The notes under the pieces were generated by a model that worked only from the letters and a program-made list of their open reading frames with translations, did no database searches and was not told the DNA's origin. The translations under genes were made by a program, and so were the position numbers. From Octopus vulgaris (taxonomy: Eukaryota), in the NCBI GenBank assembly GCA_951406725.2, contig OX597837.1, positions 35,154,001 to 35,218,000 on the forward strand: a DNA stretch of 64,000 nucleotides. Direction: 5' to 3'. Shown piece by piece: positions 38,930-50,879 of this stretch (position 1 is its first letter; each line of letters opens with the position of its first letter).

Positions 38930-40370
38930 CGATTGGTCGAGGAAGGTCACCTGGTGTCATGGTTTGCTGTCAGGGTTATGGGTAACAGTTAGTTGGAAAA
39001 TACTGCATGGTGAACAGGAAATTGACCACATGGAGGACAGGAAATAGACCACATGGTGGTTAGAAGTTGATCCAATTGTTGGAGTGGAAGTAGGGAGGGG
39101 CAGCATAAGCAAGTATATAGTTCTATACATGGCTGTGTAAATGCACTCATGTAGTTTTGGATACATGTGTATATTAATGCAAGTGTGTGTCTGTACATGG
39201 ATGCACATGTGCACGTCTGCACACACACACAAACACACACACATTCATTCATATGTACATGTATATACACATGCATACCAGCGTGCATGCATGCACGTGC
39301 ATTCACATGCTTCATAGACGTAAAAATGCACCCACACCACCCCCAACCTGCAAACCCCACCATATGCCCTCTAGAAGGATCTTGTCTCTTAAGGGCCATC
39401 GTATACAGAGCCACCCTTACACCATCCAATGGCATTACTAGGCATTATATGGGTATGACAGCTAATGTCTTCAAGGTAAGATACATCCAGCATATGCACT
39501 CATTCAGATCCAGGGACAGAGAGAACTCTACTTCCCTGTCTTGTTTTCTCTGCAAACTCTGTCCAAGATGAAATATCCACATCAAGTGGACTATTGTTGA
39601 CAGAGTAGCACCATATTCACCTGGGGCCCCCAAATTCCAGCTCTGCCTCTGTGAAAAACTGCATATCCTCTGACAACCCGCAGTATCCATCAAGAAGAAA
39701 TATGACTTATTGTATTGCTGTCACCAGAGATATGCCCTTCTGGCAAATTTCAGGCCTCTGACTGCCAACAACCAGGATATACCACCTTAGAACCAGATGC
39801 TACACTGCACCGCCTGCACCAAGGTCACCATCACCAATCAACCCCATGAGCAGGGCCACCATTTACCAATCTCCAATGTTTACCAACCTTCAATGCATGC
39901 CAATCCCCAATGCTTGATGCATCCATGCACATGCACATCTGCTTGCACAAATGTGTGTGCACACTCTGGGATTAATGCATACATGCGTATGCATATACAT
40001 ATATACATGAATGAATATGCATGTGTTTGTGTATGTATGTGTGTGTGTATGTGTGCATATGCATATGTGCACATGTGTATTTGTCCAGGTGTGTATGTGC
40101 ATGCTCATGTACAAATGCACGTTTGCATCAATATACACATGCATGCAAAACCATAAGAGTGCATCTACATATCCACACATACATCTATATACCTGCACAT
40201 ACAGCCCCTTTCTACTTCCCCACCAACAAACTGACCGACTTCTAACCACCCCATGGTCTATTTCCTGTCCTCCATGCGGTCAATTTCCTGTTCACCATGC
40301 AGTATTTTTCATCTGTTACCCATATACCAACACCAAACCATGACACCAGGTGATGTTCCTCAACCAATCA
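38930..40370 (+). mobile_element. Penelope-like element remnant with inverted terminal copies
   Basis: GIY-YIG endonuclease at ~39360-39670 (CPLEGSCLLRAIVYRAT..YMGMT..FKVRY..H..SF..IKWTI..LCLCEK). ~38930-39300 is an inverted copy of ~39940-40370. Confidence 0.8.
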
Positions 40371-41071
40371 ACTTCTGCCCAGATCCACTTCCCACTCTCT
40401 AGGCTTTGGTTAGCCCGGAACGATAGCAGAAGATACTTATCCAAGGTGCCTTGCAGTGGAATTGAACTTGGGAACAGGTTGTCACATAGCCACACTTGCC
40501 CTTATAAGGCATACCTGCACAAAATTTAATGTATTTTCATCCTTTCTCATTATTCTTCACACTGTGTGTGTGTGTGTGTGTGTTTATATGTCAGTGCTTG
40601 ATCCCCACCATAGCTTGAAAACCGATGGTGGCGTTTCTACATCCTTATAACTCAGCGGTTTGGCAAAAGAGTCTGATAGAATAAGTACTAGGCTTACAAA
40701 GAATAAGTCCTAGCGTCGATTTGTTTGACTAAAGGCAGTGCTCCAGCATGGCCGCAGTCAAATGAATGAAACAAGTAAAAGAATAAAATACACACACACA
40801 CACACTATATATATATATATATATAATCAAAAAGGGTAATAACATAGATTATTATTACCAGTGGCCCAGCACAATAGACAAATTAGTCATTAGACAAAAT
40901 ATTATTCATATAGAAAAATATTATTCATACAGAAATATAATTAAGGGCTCCTAAATAAGGATGCCAAGTGCTAGGGACACAAAAAAGGGATAAATTCATC
41001 GAGAGTGAAAATCAAATAAATATTTATATATATATATGTATATATGATATGTATATATATATGTATATATG

Positions 41072-41119
<48 letters not shown>

Positions 41120-41159
41120 TATATATATATATATGTATGTATATATATATATATATATG

Positions 41160-41204
<45 letters not shown>

Positions 41205-42104
41205 GAATATGTATATATGTATATGTATATATAATGGATTTTCCCCCTTAGTTAAACAACAGATGAAGATTCTGCTATTTCTTGCCGAACAACCACACAG
41301 ATGATTTGTTTATAGTGATCAAGTGTTTGTGTTGCACATAAGCTCACTTCCTCCGTTACATCGACATTAGGTGCCTAGGCGTGCCACGTGTTGGATGTTG
41401 GAGTGATCACAAATTAATATTGAATTACGTGATTTGCTTAAGAACAGAAAGCACCGCACCCAGTCGGGGCACCAAAATCATGATCGCGTGATCATGCGTG
41501 TTCAGACAGAGAGGAAGATGGTTCATGAGAAAGGGGTGGCAGATGAAAGAAGGGAACAGAGCAACAGGGGGTCTTGCATCTCTCACTGAAATTAAAAGAC
41601 CACGGTACTGAAAGACATCTAATAATGAACCCCCAATTAACTGAAATTCCTACCCTTTTAATTAATTGTGTGAAATTAATTTCTTAATTCCTTGACCAGT
41701 GTCAATGACTTAAATATTCTCTTTGAGAGAAGCAAACGATTACCACTAGGTTTTTGTTTTCTTCCTCTAAGCAATAAATTTTAATGTATCCACTGGAGTT
41801 ATTTACCTGAGTCCATTGACCCACTTGAGTGATTTCCCCTTGGTGTATTTTATTTTTAGTATGGACTGTGATATTTTGTTTTGTCATTATTTTATGTCTA
41901 TTTCTTCATGTTGGCATAGGTTAGGTCAGTATATCATTTAGGTATTGTTTTACATCTGGATGCTCTTCCTGTTGCTAACCCTTCCGTTTTCCAATAGGAA
42001 GGTAGGTAGGTAGGTAGGTGGGTGGGTGGGAAGGTAGGTAGGTAGATAGATAGATGCATGCATGCATATATACATACATATATAACATACATACATACAC
42101 ACAC

Positions 42105-42870
42105 ATCATTATCATTGTTCGACCGTGGTCGAGACAATGGAATTTACTATGTTATGCCAGACCTCACAGTCCATTATAGCATTACGGAGGTCCTGTTGCT
42201 GGATGCCTGTATCCCTGGAGATTACATCAGGGTAGGAGAGTGTGCGCCCTCTGGTATTGCAAGCAGATGGCTTCCAGAGAAGAAGAGTAGAAATTGCCTC
42301 TTTTTCAGCTCTACAACAATGTCCAGCAAACTGGACTCTCCTACCTTTCACAAGAGATGACACAGGTGGTAATTTCCCATACATTTGTACTTTGGTTGGA
42401 TGCCGCTTCCACGAGAGATTTTGAGCTCTCATAAGGAGGCGAGTGTAAGTTCCATCCAACCGCCTCTCAAGCTTCTTTGATAGCATCCAGGTTTCTGAGC
42501 CATATAGTAGAATTGGTTCAACTGTGGCTTTGAAGATTTTAAATTTGAAATCTCTACTTAAATTTGATGACCAGATCTTATGCATATCATCACAGGCTGA
42601 CCAGGCCATACCCTTTCTAGTTAGAAAATCCTTTTCAGATGATAATATGTATGACCCAAGATATTTGTAATCAGAAACCATATTTAAGAGCGTATTGTTG
42701 AGAGTATGGATGATGAAATCACTGTTGGACAGGCACTTGTTTACATATTCAGTCTTGGACTCATTGAGGTAAAGACCTACACAATTTGAGGCTTGTTCAA
42801 GAGATTGTAAAAGAGACTGGGCATTGGAGAGAGAATCACTGATAAGAGCGATGTCGTCAGCAAAGTCACA
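42105..42870 (-). mobile_element. RTE-clade LINE, 5'-truncated RT fragment with open frame
   Basis: FADDIAL...GLYLNESKTE...YKYLGS...LLYGSETW...LMRAQNLSW, then stop and short TGA/TAA-repeat tail. Confidence 0.9.
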
Positions 42871-43256
42871 TACATACATACATATAAGAAAGGCTCTGTC
42901 TAGCCTGGAACTATAGCAGAAAACACTTGCCTAAAGTGCTGCAAAGAGGGATTGAACCTGAATCCACCTGGTTCTAAAGTGAAACTTCTTAATCACACAC
43001 ACACACACACACATATGTATGCATGTATATGTGCACGTGTGTGCGTACATATGTATATATGTAATATACATATTTATACATTATATACATACAGCGGTGG
43101 TACCGCGGCCTTCGGGCTAAAACATTTTAAAGGATTTTAAGGATACACACACACACACAGATATATATATATGAGTAGTGTGTGTGTGTATATATATATA
43201 CATATATATATATGAGTAGTGTGTATATATATATATATATATATTCTTTCTTTTAT

Positions 43257-43572
43257 CCTTTTACTTGTTTCAGTCATTTGGCTGCGGCCATGCTGGAACA
43301 TCACCTTTAGTCGAACAAATCGACCCCGGGACTTATTCTTTGCTAGCCTATAACTTATTTTTATCGGTCGTTTGTTCCGAACAGCTAAGCAACAGGGACG
43401 CAAATACACCAACATCGGTTGTCAAGCGACGGTGGTGGGAAGAGTGGGGACAAACACAGACACAAATAACAAATAGTAGAAGACACTTGCCCGAGGTGCC
43501 ACGCAGTGGGACTGAACCCAGAACCATGTGGTTGGGAAGTAAGCTTCTTACCACATAGCCACTCCTGCGCCT
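43257..43572 (-). mobile_element. SINE family A (internally deleted)
   Basis: Reverse copy, head-to-head with the copy at 43689. Confidence 0.8.
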
Positions 43573-43688
43573 GTATAGGTTTCCCGTCCATAAAGGGTTT
43601 AACTTTATGGTGCATAGTGAGACCCCAAAAACCTGTTGGCCCATGACATATACAGAAAAAGAGAGAGACCTATATATATATTATATAT

Positions 43689-44263
43689 CAGGAGTGGCTG
43701 TGTGGTAAGTAGCATGTTTACCAACCACATGGTTCCGGGTTCAGTCCCACTGCGTGGCATCTTGGACAAGTGTCTTCTACTATAGCCTCGGGCTGACCAA
43801 AGCCTTGTGAGTGGATTTGGTAGACGGAAACTGAAAGAAGCCCGTCGTATAATATGTATATATATATATAGGCGCAGGAGTGGCTGTGTGGTAAGTAGCT
43901 TCCTTACCAACCACATGGTTCCGGGTTCAGTCCCACTGCGTGGCATCTTGGGCAAGTGTCTTCTGCTATAGCCTCGAGCCGACCAATGCCTTGTGAGTGG
44001 ATTTGGTAGACGGAAACTGAAAGAAGCCTGTCATATATATGTATATATATATAAGTGTGTGTCTTTGTTTGTCCCCCTAGCATTGCTTGACAACCGATGC
44101 TGGTGTGTTTATGTCCCCGTTACTTAGCGGTTCGGCAAAAAGAGACCGATAGAATAAGTACTGGGCTTACAAAAAGAATAAGTCCCGGGGTCGAGTTGCT
44201 CGACTAAAAAAGGCGGTGCTCCAGCATGGCCGCAGTCAAATGACTGAAACAAGTAAAAGAGTA
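43689..44263 (+). mobile_element. SINE A 5' half followed by a full-length SINE A
   Basis: Head repeated at 43689 and 43869; the second copy begins in the TA tract of the first. Confidence 0.85.
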
Positions 44264-44375
44264 ATACATACACACCGTTTGTATATAGTCGTAATAAAAT
44301 GACGACTGCTCTGTATAAAATAAATGTTTAAATTTTAATAGCACTACATTCAACAACACCTTTGCTCTGTCCCAT

Positions 44376-44682
44376 AAACCGTAAATAAAATACTACAGTA
44401 CTACACAGTAAGTTGGTATGTTTAACGTTGATGGTTATTTCGTTAATGACGACCAATGGTGTGTTTTGAAAGTCGGAAGGTTTAATCAAGCTGCAACTGG
44501 TTGCTTGTGGGGGGTACTGTCTTAAAAAAGCTGGCTTGTTTAAACTTTAATAAGCTACAGTAGTTGTCTGCCAACGGCTGTTTACTTGATGTCCAGCTAT
44601 TAGCAAAGTTGGCACCAGAAATACAGTGGCCCGCTTTGTATCTAGACCTTCTTCTTCTTCACCTACTTCTCGCTCCTTACTA

Positions 44683-44714
<32 letters not shown>

Positions 44715-45050
44715 GACGTCTTCTCTCCCCTCCTTCCTCGTCTTCCTTTGTTCTTCTTTCTCTCCCCTCCTTCCTCCTCTTCCTTTGTTCTTCTTTCTCT
44801 CCCCCTCCTTCCTCCTCTTCCTTTGTTCTTCTCTCCCGTCTGTCCTTTTGACTTGTCGGCCTGTTTTCGTTCTGTTTTCGTCGAAGGAGATTTTTATTCA
44901 GAACCGCCGTTCCTATTGTGTTGGTCCTGTTGTGTTTTAAAAGCTCGCTAATCAGTAACAACCGATCAGATCAAAACCTGGTTAGTGTTTGTTTGTTTGT
45001 TTGTCTGTTTGCTAATTTTTTTCTTCTTTGTTTTGTTTTGTTTATATAAT
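44376..45050 (-). other. Candidate non-coding first exon / 5'UTR downstream of the X-boxes
   Basis: No ATG on the minus strand from 45268 to 44376, while the plus strand has several. CpG-containing and unique, with an AG-rich tract. Donor not resolved (e.g. GAA|gtaggt near 44665). Confidence 0.35.
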
Positions 45051-45082
45051 AAGTAAACAAATAAATAAAAACACACGCACTG

Positions 45083-45111
45083 GTAACCGAGGGCAACTGT
45101 TGCCAAGCAAC
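45083..45111. promoter_or_regulatory. Tandem RFX X-box motifs (ciliary-gene promoter signature)
   Basis: GTAACC-GAG-GGCAAC (45083-45097) and GTTGCC-A-AGCAAC (45099-45111) both fit GTNRCC-N0-3-RGYAAC. A forkhead-type GTAAACAA lies at ~45053-45060. The region is unique and retains CpG. Confidence 0.6.
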
Positions 45112-48100
45112 ACAAACACACAACAACCAGCAGCAACAGAAAACACCAGTGGACGACTCCAGCCAACACGGGGGAGAGAGAGAGCCTCTATGTGATCACT
45201 TGAGCTGCTAAAAATAATAGCCAAATCCCAACCTCAACCTCCCCCCCCCCTCTCTCTCTCGAGCTAACCATTTTTATTTTTTGCTTGTTTCAGTTATTGG
45301 ACTGCGACCAAGCTGGGGCACGGCACTGAAGGGTTTTAATCGAAGAAGTCGAGTCCAAGACATTCCCTCTCTCTCTCATTTATTTTATTTGTTTTTTTTT
45401 TATTTGATAGTCTAATACTTATTCTTTTAATCGTTTCTGCCGAACGACTAAGTTATGAGGACGTAAACAAACCAACACCAGTTATCAAGGGGGAAGTGGT
45501 GGGGGACAAAAACACACACATATGAGAGAGAGAGAGAGAAGAATACGACAGGCTTCCACAGTTTCTGCCTTCTAAATTCCCTTACAAGACATTGTTCGGC
45601 CAGGAGTTATAGCAGAAACACTTGCCCAAGGTACCACACAGCGGGACTGAACCCGATACCAGGCAGTTGCAAAACGAGCTCCTTAACCACACAACCAAGC
45701 CTACAAATGAAAGAATATATAATGGCTAATGTAGGCCTTTTTGGCAGGATGGTCCTGGCTGGAACGTCTTGGACAACTTGGTTTAGAAGCAAATCATATC
45801 GCATGGCACAATATATCCAACCACGCCATTCACTTCTATACAATGTCCCGCAAGCCAACGACGATCCTGTTTTGCTTGAAATAGCAGCCAAATCTTAAAT
45901 TGCTCTCAACCATTTTGAAAAGGAATGAATCGGATTATCTGATCTGATTGTGGGTGCATTATTTTTGGATCTTTTCGGTTTGAACGGCAGTTTTTTCTAG
46001 CGGTGTCATATGAAAGTGTCACCCATAATTATGACCCTAGTATTGATCTATTGCATTTCAATCTGTTTTAGGGTTAGGGTTAGGGGTGGGGGGAAGGGTA
46101 TCTTTTGATTCAATCAATGGAACAGCCTGTTCGTGAAATTAACGTGCAAGTGGCTGAGTACTCCACAGTCACGTGTACCCTTAACGTAGTTCTTGGGGAG
46201 ATTCAGCGTGACACAGAGTGTGACAAGGCTGGCCCTTTGAAATACACGTACAAGAGAAACAGGAAAAAAGAGTGAGAGAAAGTTGTGGTGAAGGAGTACA
46301 GCAGGGTTTGCCACTGCCCCCTGCCGGAGCCTTGTGGAGCTTTAGGTGTTGCACTCAACAATCACTCACAACAATTGGTTTGGGAATTGAAACCGCAATC
46401 CTACGACTGCGAGTCCGCTGCCCTAACCACTGGGCCATTGCGTCTCCACAATCACTTATAATTAAGCATTATTAGCAATTATTCTTTTACTTGTTTCAAT
46501 CATTTGACTGAGGCCATGCTGGAGCACCATCTTTAGTTGAACAAATCAATCCCAGGACTTATTCTTTGTTAGCCTAGTACTTATTCTATCAGTCTCTTTT
46601 GCCAGGTGATGATAGGGAGACAATGTTTCTTTATTACCCACAAGGGGCTAAACACTGAGGGGACAAACAAGGACAGACAAACGAATTAAGTCGATTACAT
46701 TAACCCCAATGCGTAACTGGTACTTAATTTATCGACCCTGAAAGGATGAAAGGCAAAGTCGACCTAGCGGCAATGATGGTGAAAAATATGATGATGATGA
46801 TGATGAAAATATCACATCACACAACATCAAACACTACATCATACAATCCACCACCACCACCACCACCACTACCCTACCACACATCACTACACCCTACACA
46901 CTATTACCCTGTATATTCATCCTTGGTCCTCAGCTTACAATGGAGACAGGTTACAACCTTGATTCTGGATCAATAAGGTGACCCCCCCTTCATCATTCAG
47001 CTGACCACCTTCTGCTCTAGGACAGTCTGATCAAGGGCAGACTCCAGGCTATGCAACAACAACAACAACAACACCAAAATCTCACAAGGCAAGGCTATAA
47101 CTCAACTTCCTGGTTGCCAAATCTCTCTAAATCCTGCCTTATTTTGAACATCATCAAAATAAAATGTCCACTTTAGCAATCACTTAATCCTTAACCCTCA
47201 GCATTTAAACCAGCCAAATCCAGCCCAAGTATTCTTGTCTACTCTAGGTACAAGGCACAAAATTTTGGGGGACGGGGGCCAGTCGAGATTAGATCAAGCT
47301 CAGTACTTAATTTATCGACCCCAAAAAGATGAAAAGCAAAGTTGACCTCGGCGGAATTTGAACTCAGAACGTAACAGCAGATAAAATACCGCTAAGCATT
47401 TTGCCCGGTGTGCTAACATTTCGTATTTCTTTATTGCCTACAAGGGGCTAAACATAGAGGGGACAGGAACATAAACAAACCAACACCAGTTGTCAAGTGG
47501 TGATGGCGGTGGACATGGACACACACACACACACATCTTTTACTTGTTTCAATCATTAAACTGTGACCATGTTGGGGCACCACCTAGAATAATGTTTAGT
47601 CAAATGAAGTGACCCCAATATTTATCCTTTTTTTCAAGCCTGATACTTATTCTATTGCTCTCTTTTGCTGAACCACTAGGTTACAGGGATGTAAACACAC
47701 CAACAAAGGGATTAAGTCGATTACATCGACCCCAGTGTGTAACTGGTACTTAATTTATCGGCCCCGAAAAGATGAAAGGCAAAGTCGACCTCAGCGGAAT
47801 TTGAACTTAGAACATAAAGACAGACGAAATACTGCTAAGCATTTTGCCCAGTGTGCTAACCACTCTGCCAGTTCGCCACCTTCCGGCCCAAGTATTCTAC
47901 CTGTCTTACATTCAGACCAGCCAGATCTGGCCTTTCACATCTTCCCTACAATGTTGTTCTAAAAATAAACGATCACATCATTGATTTCTTTTACTTGTTT
48001 CTGTCATTTGACTGCAGCCATGCTGGAGCACCACCTTAAACGGTTTTAGTCAAAGAAACTGACCCCAGAACTTATTCTTTGTAAGCTTGGTGCTTATTCT

Positions 48101-48256
48101 ATTGGTCTCCTTTTGCCAAACTCTTATGGGGACATAAACACACCAGCAATGGTTGGCAAGCAATGATGGAACGGGAGGGCATACGTAACATATGGTATAA
48201 TTATAAAGAGGGCAAATTTGAGCCATTTCTCTGCAGACAGAAAATCTGATGAACAA

Positions 48257-48297
48257 CCTTAATTGATTTTCGAACCTTATTGAGTTCTCATCAGAGG
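48257..48297 (-). ncRNA. Minimal hammerhead ribozyme
   Basis: CCT-CTGATGA-GAAC-TCAATAAG-GTTC-GAAAATCAATTA-AGG, with stems I and II pairing. Confidence 0.5.
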
Positions 48298-48381
48298 CGT
48301 CTGCATCATTCTGGCCATCTTCAGAAAAACAAGCAACCAAATTGTTTATATACTCAACATAGGATAAAATCATTACCATAA

Positions 48382-48421
<40 letters not shown>

Positions 48422-48547
48422 TCAGTAGCTAGCATCCATTAAAACCGTAGAGGTAAAAATTAATATAAATCTATGTACAACAGGCTTCTTTCAGTTTCCA
48501 TCTACCAAGTCCACTCACAAGGCTTTGGTTGGCCCGAGGCTATAGTT

Positions 48548-48755
48548 GCCCCAAAAGTAGGTTTACAGTTACTCAACTCTCTCTTTTGCATTCATATATT
48601 AATAGTTTAGATCTTAATTATAAAAAGAATATGAAACCATTATTCTATGCTAATTTAGTTTATTGTAAGATAGAAATTTAAATGTAATAAAATGTTTTAA
48701 AGGAAATTTGAAGCGCCTATGTGACAACTGTAAACCTACTTTTGGGCCACCCTGT
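48548..48755. mobile_element. Tc1/mariner-type MITE
   Basis: TIR cccaaaagtaggtttacagtt / aactgtaaacctacttttgggccaccctg|ta. Confidence 0.7.
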
Positions 48756-48789
48756 ATATAACTTGGCATAAGAACAAACATTTATATAC

Positions 48790-49320
48790 AAGGGTCAACC
48801 GAAACATTCTTAGGCTGACCAAGACACTCTCATGGAATGTGGCCATAGTTCTCCTTATGGTCCACATACTTATTCCGTTGGTGTTGAAACTTTCGTCCCA
48901 CTGGTCAAAAATGTCACCAAAAGTAAATATGACATCATCATCACTGCAATACTGGTTTTTCCTTAATGAAGACCAGATGGGGCCAAATCAGAAGAAAAGG
49001 GAGGATGATTAGCCATTCCAAAGCCACAGTCACACACAACAGCCATTGCAATCAAGGACTTGTGTGCTTCGTCCTGATTAAACAAGATTCCTTCATCAGT
49101 TTTCTTGGGTGTTTGGTCTGGACAGCCTTTCATAACTGTCTCAGCAAGTTGGTAAAATACTCTCCACTGATGGTGTGGCCCTTTTGAAGATTGTGAATAA
49201 AAATAATGCCTTTTGCATCCCAAAAAAAACTGAGGCCATCACATTTTCTACAGATGAAACAACCTTGGCTTTCTCTGGAGCAGGTGAGGAAGGATGTTTC
49301 CACTGCATGGATTGTGTGTT
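48790..49320 (-). mobile_element. Mariner transposase remnant
   Basis: HPPFSSDLAPS resembles mariner HPPYSPDLAPSD; frameshifted. Confidence 0.65.
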
Positions 49321-50879
49321 TGTGTATAGACTTTTGGCAATACGCCGTGCTTGAGAAGACCTGTCAGGACAAGTGAAATCATTGTTGTGGCCGATGCCAG
49401 TGTTTCATAACTGGAAGTTCGAAAGATGGAAGCGTGTGGCACGAATGCTGCGAGTGAAAGTGGCCACATGAGCACGCTATGAGTTAGCTGCCGAGTTTCA
49501 GTGGGAAAAGCAGGGCTCGTGGGGTCGGCAATCCTGGTGTTCCCACTTCATATGTCATTTTATGTTGTGTTGTAAAGTTGTATATCATCCGATTTCTTCG
49601 ATTTTGAGTAAATTTTTAAAGATCATTTTTATGTAATCTCCATTCGTTTCTCATGACCCCAAATCATGATGTATTGTCCCCCTCTATGTTGGCCCCTTGT
49701 GGGTAATAAAGAAATCAGAAACTATGCGAGATCAGACTGAAACTTGGAGCAACTCCCCAGCTTACTAGTTTTCAGTCAAAATGTCCAACCCATACCATCA
49801 TAAAAAAAACGGACATTTGATGATGATGATGATGAAGATGATGGTGGTGGTGGTGATGATGATGGTGATGGTGGTGGTGATGATGATGATGATGATGTAT
49901 ACTAATGCATCAATGACGATTCAAAGCCAACAAGACTTGGGTAAGGAGAAGATATTTTAAGATTTGAGAACAATAGAGAAAAGGCGTCTATGGTGTATGT
50001 TCTTTAAGGAGCGAAGGTCTTAAAAGAGAAAGAAGATTAACCAAATTGATGGAGCGTTGGATTAAGCACATTCAAATATTTTGTGTTTTATTTTTTAATG
50101 CTCGAAGTTCAAATCTCACAAAGGTTGGTTTTTACCGTTTCCTCTTTCTGTGGATCAATAAAAGAAGTGGAATTTGCGATTAATTGTTTTTGCTCATCAT
50201 CATCACTGAACTACCACCATCCAACATCACAACCACCATCACCACCACCACCGCTGCCATCAATATGACCGTCGCTACCATCATCATCATCTTCATCACG
50301 ACTACCAACTCAACAAGGGATAAATCACTGTTGGAATCTCTTCAGATCACATATACCCTGCTAGAAATAACAGCCAAAACTGTCTTCAAATCATACCCAT
50401 ATAAGAAAAGGAAAAAAAAACACCACTACCACCACCTGTATAACTCCCCACCACACCTTTACCATAACTTTCGTCACCACAACAACCACCACCACCTCTA
50501 CCAAAACCACAACAATTACAACCACCACCACCACCACCACCATGTTGTATGTACATCCTGTTAAACAAACTTCAATCAATATAACCAGTTCCTGTCGGGT
50601 TAAATATGTGGTGTGGGGGGTGGGGGTTTGGGGGGGGGGGGCGTGGTGTTGATGTTTATGTGTTGTTACTAGTAATGTTAATGGTGGCGATGGTGGTGGG
50701 GTGGTGGTGGGGGTGGTGCTATTAGCGATGGTGTAAGTGCTTGTCTAATAATGGCAGTGATGGTGGTGGTGGTGGTGGTGTTGGTGGTGGTGGAGACGGT
50801 AGTGATAGTGGTGGCGATGGTGGCGGTGGTTGTGATTGTTAGTGATGTACTACTGCTTGTAATGGTGGTGGTGGTGGTG

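Noticed and set aside
41806-41887. MTKQNITVHT... ORF with a CAG|gtaaat donor in phase 0
   Set aside because: No recognisable similarity or supporting acceptor/promoter. It cannot be excluded as another alternative start but is unsupported.
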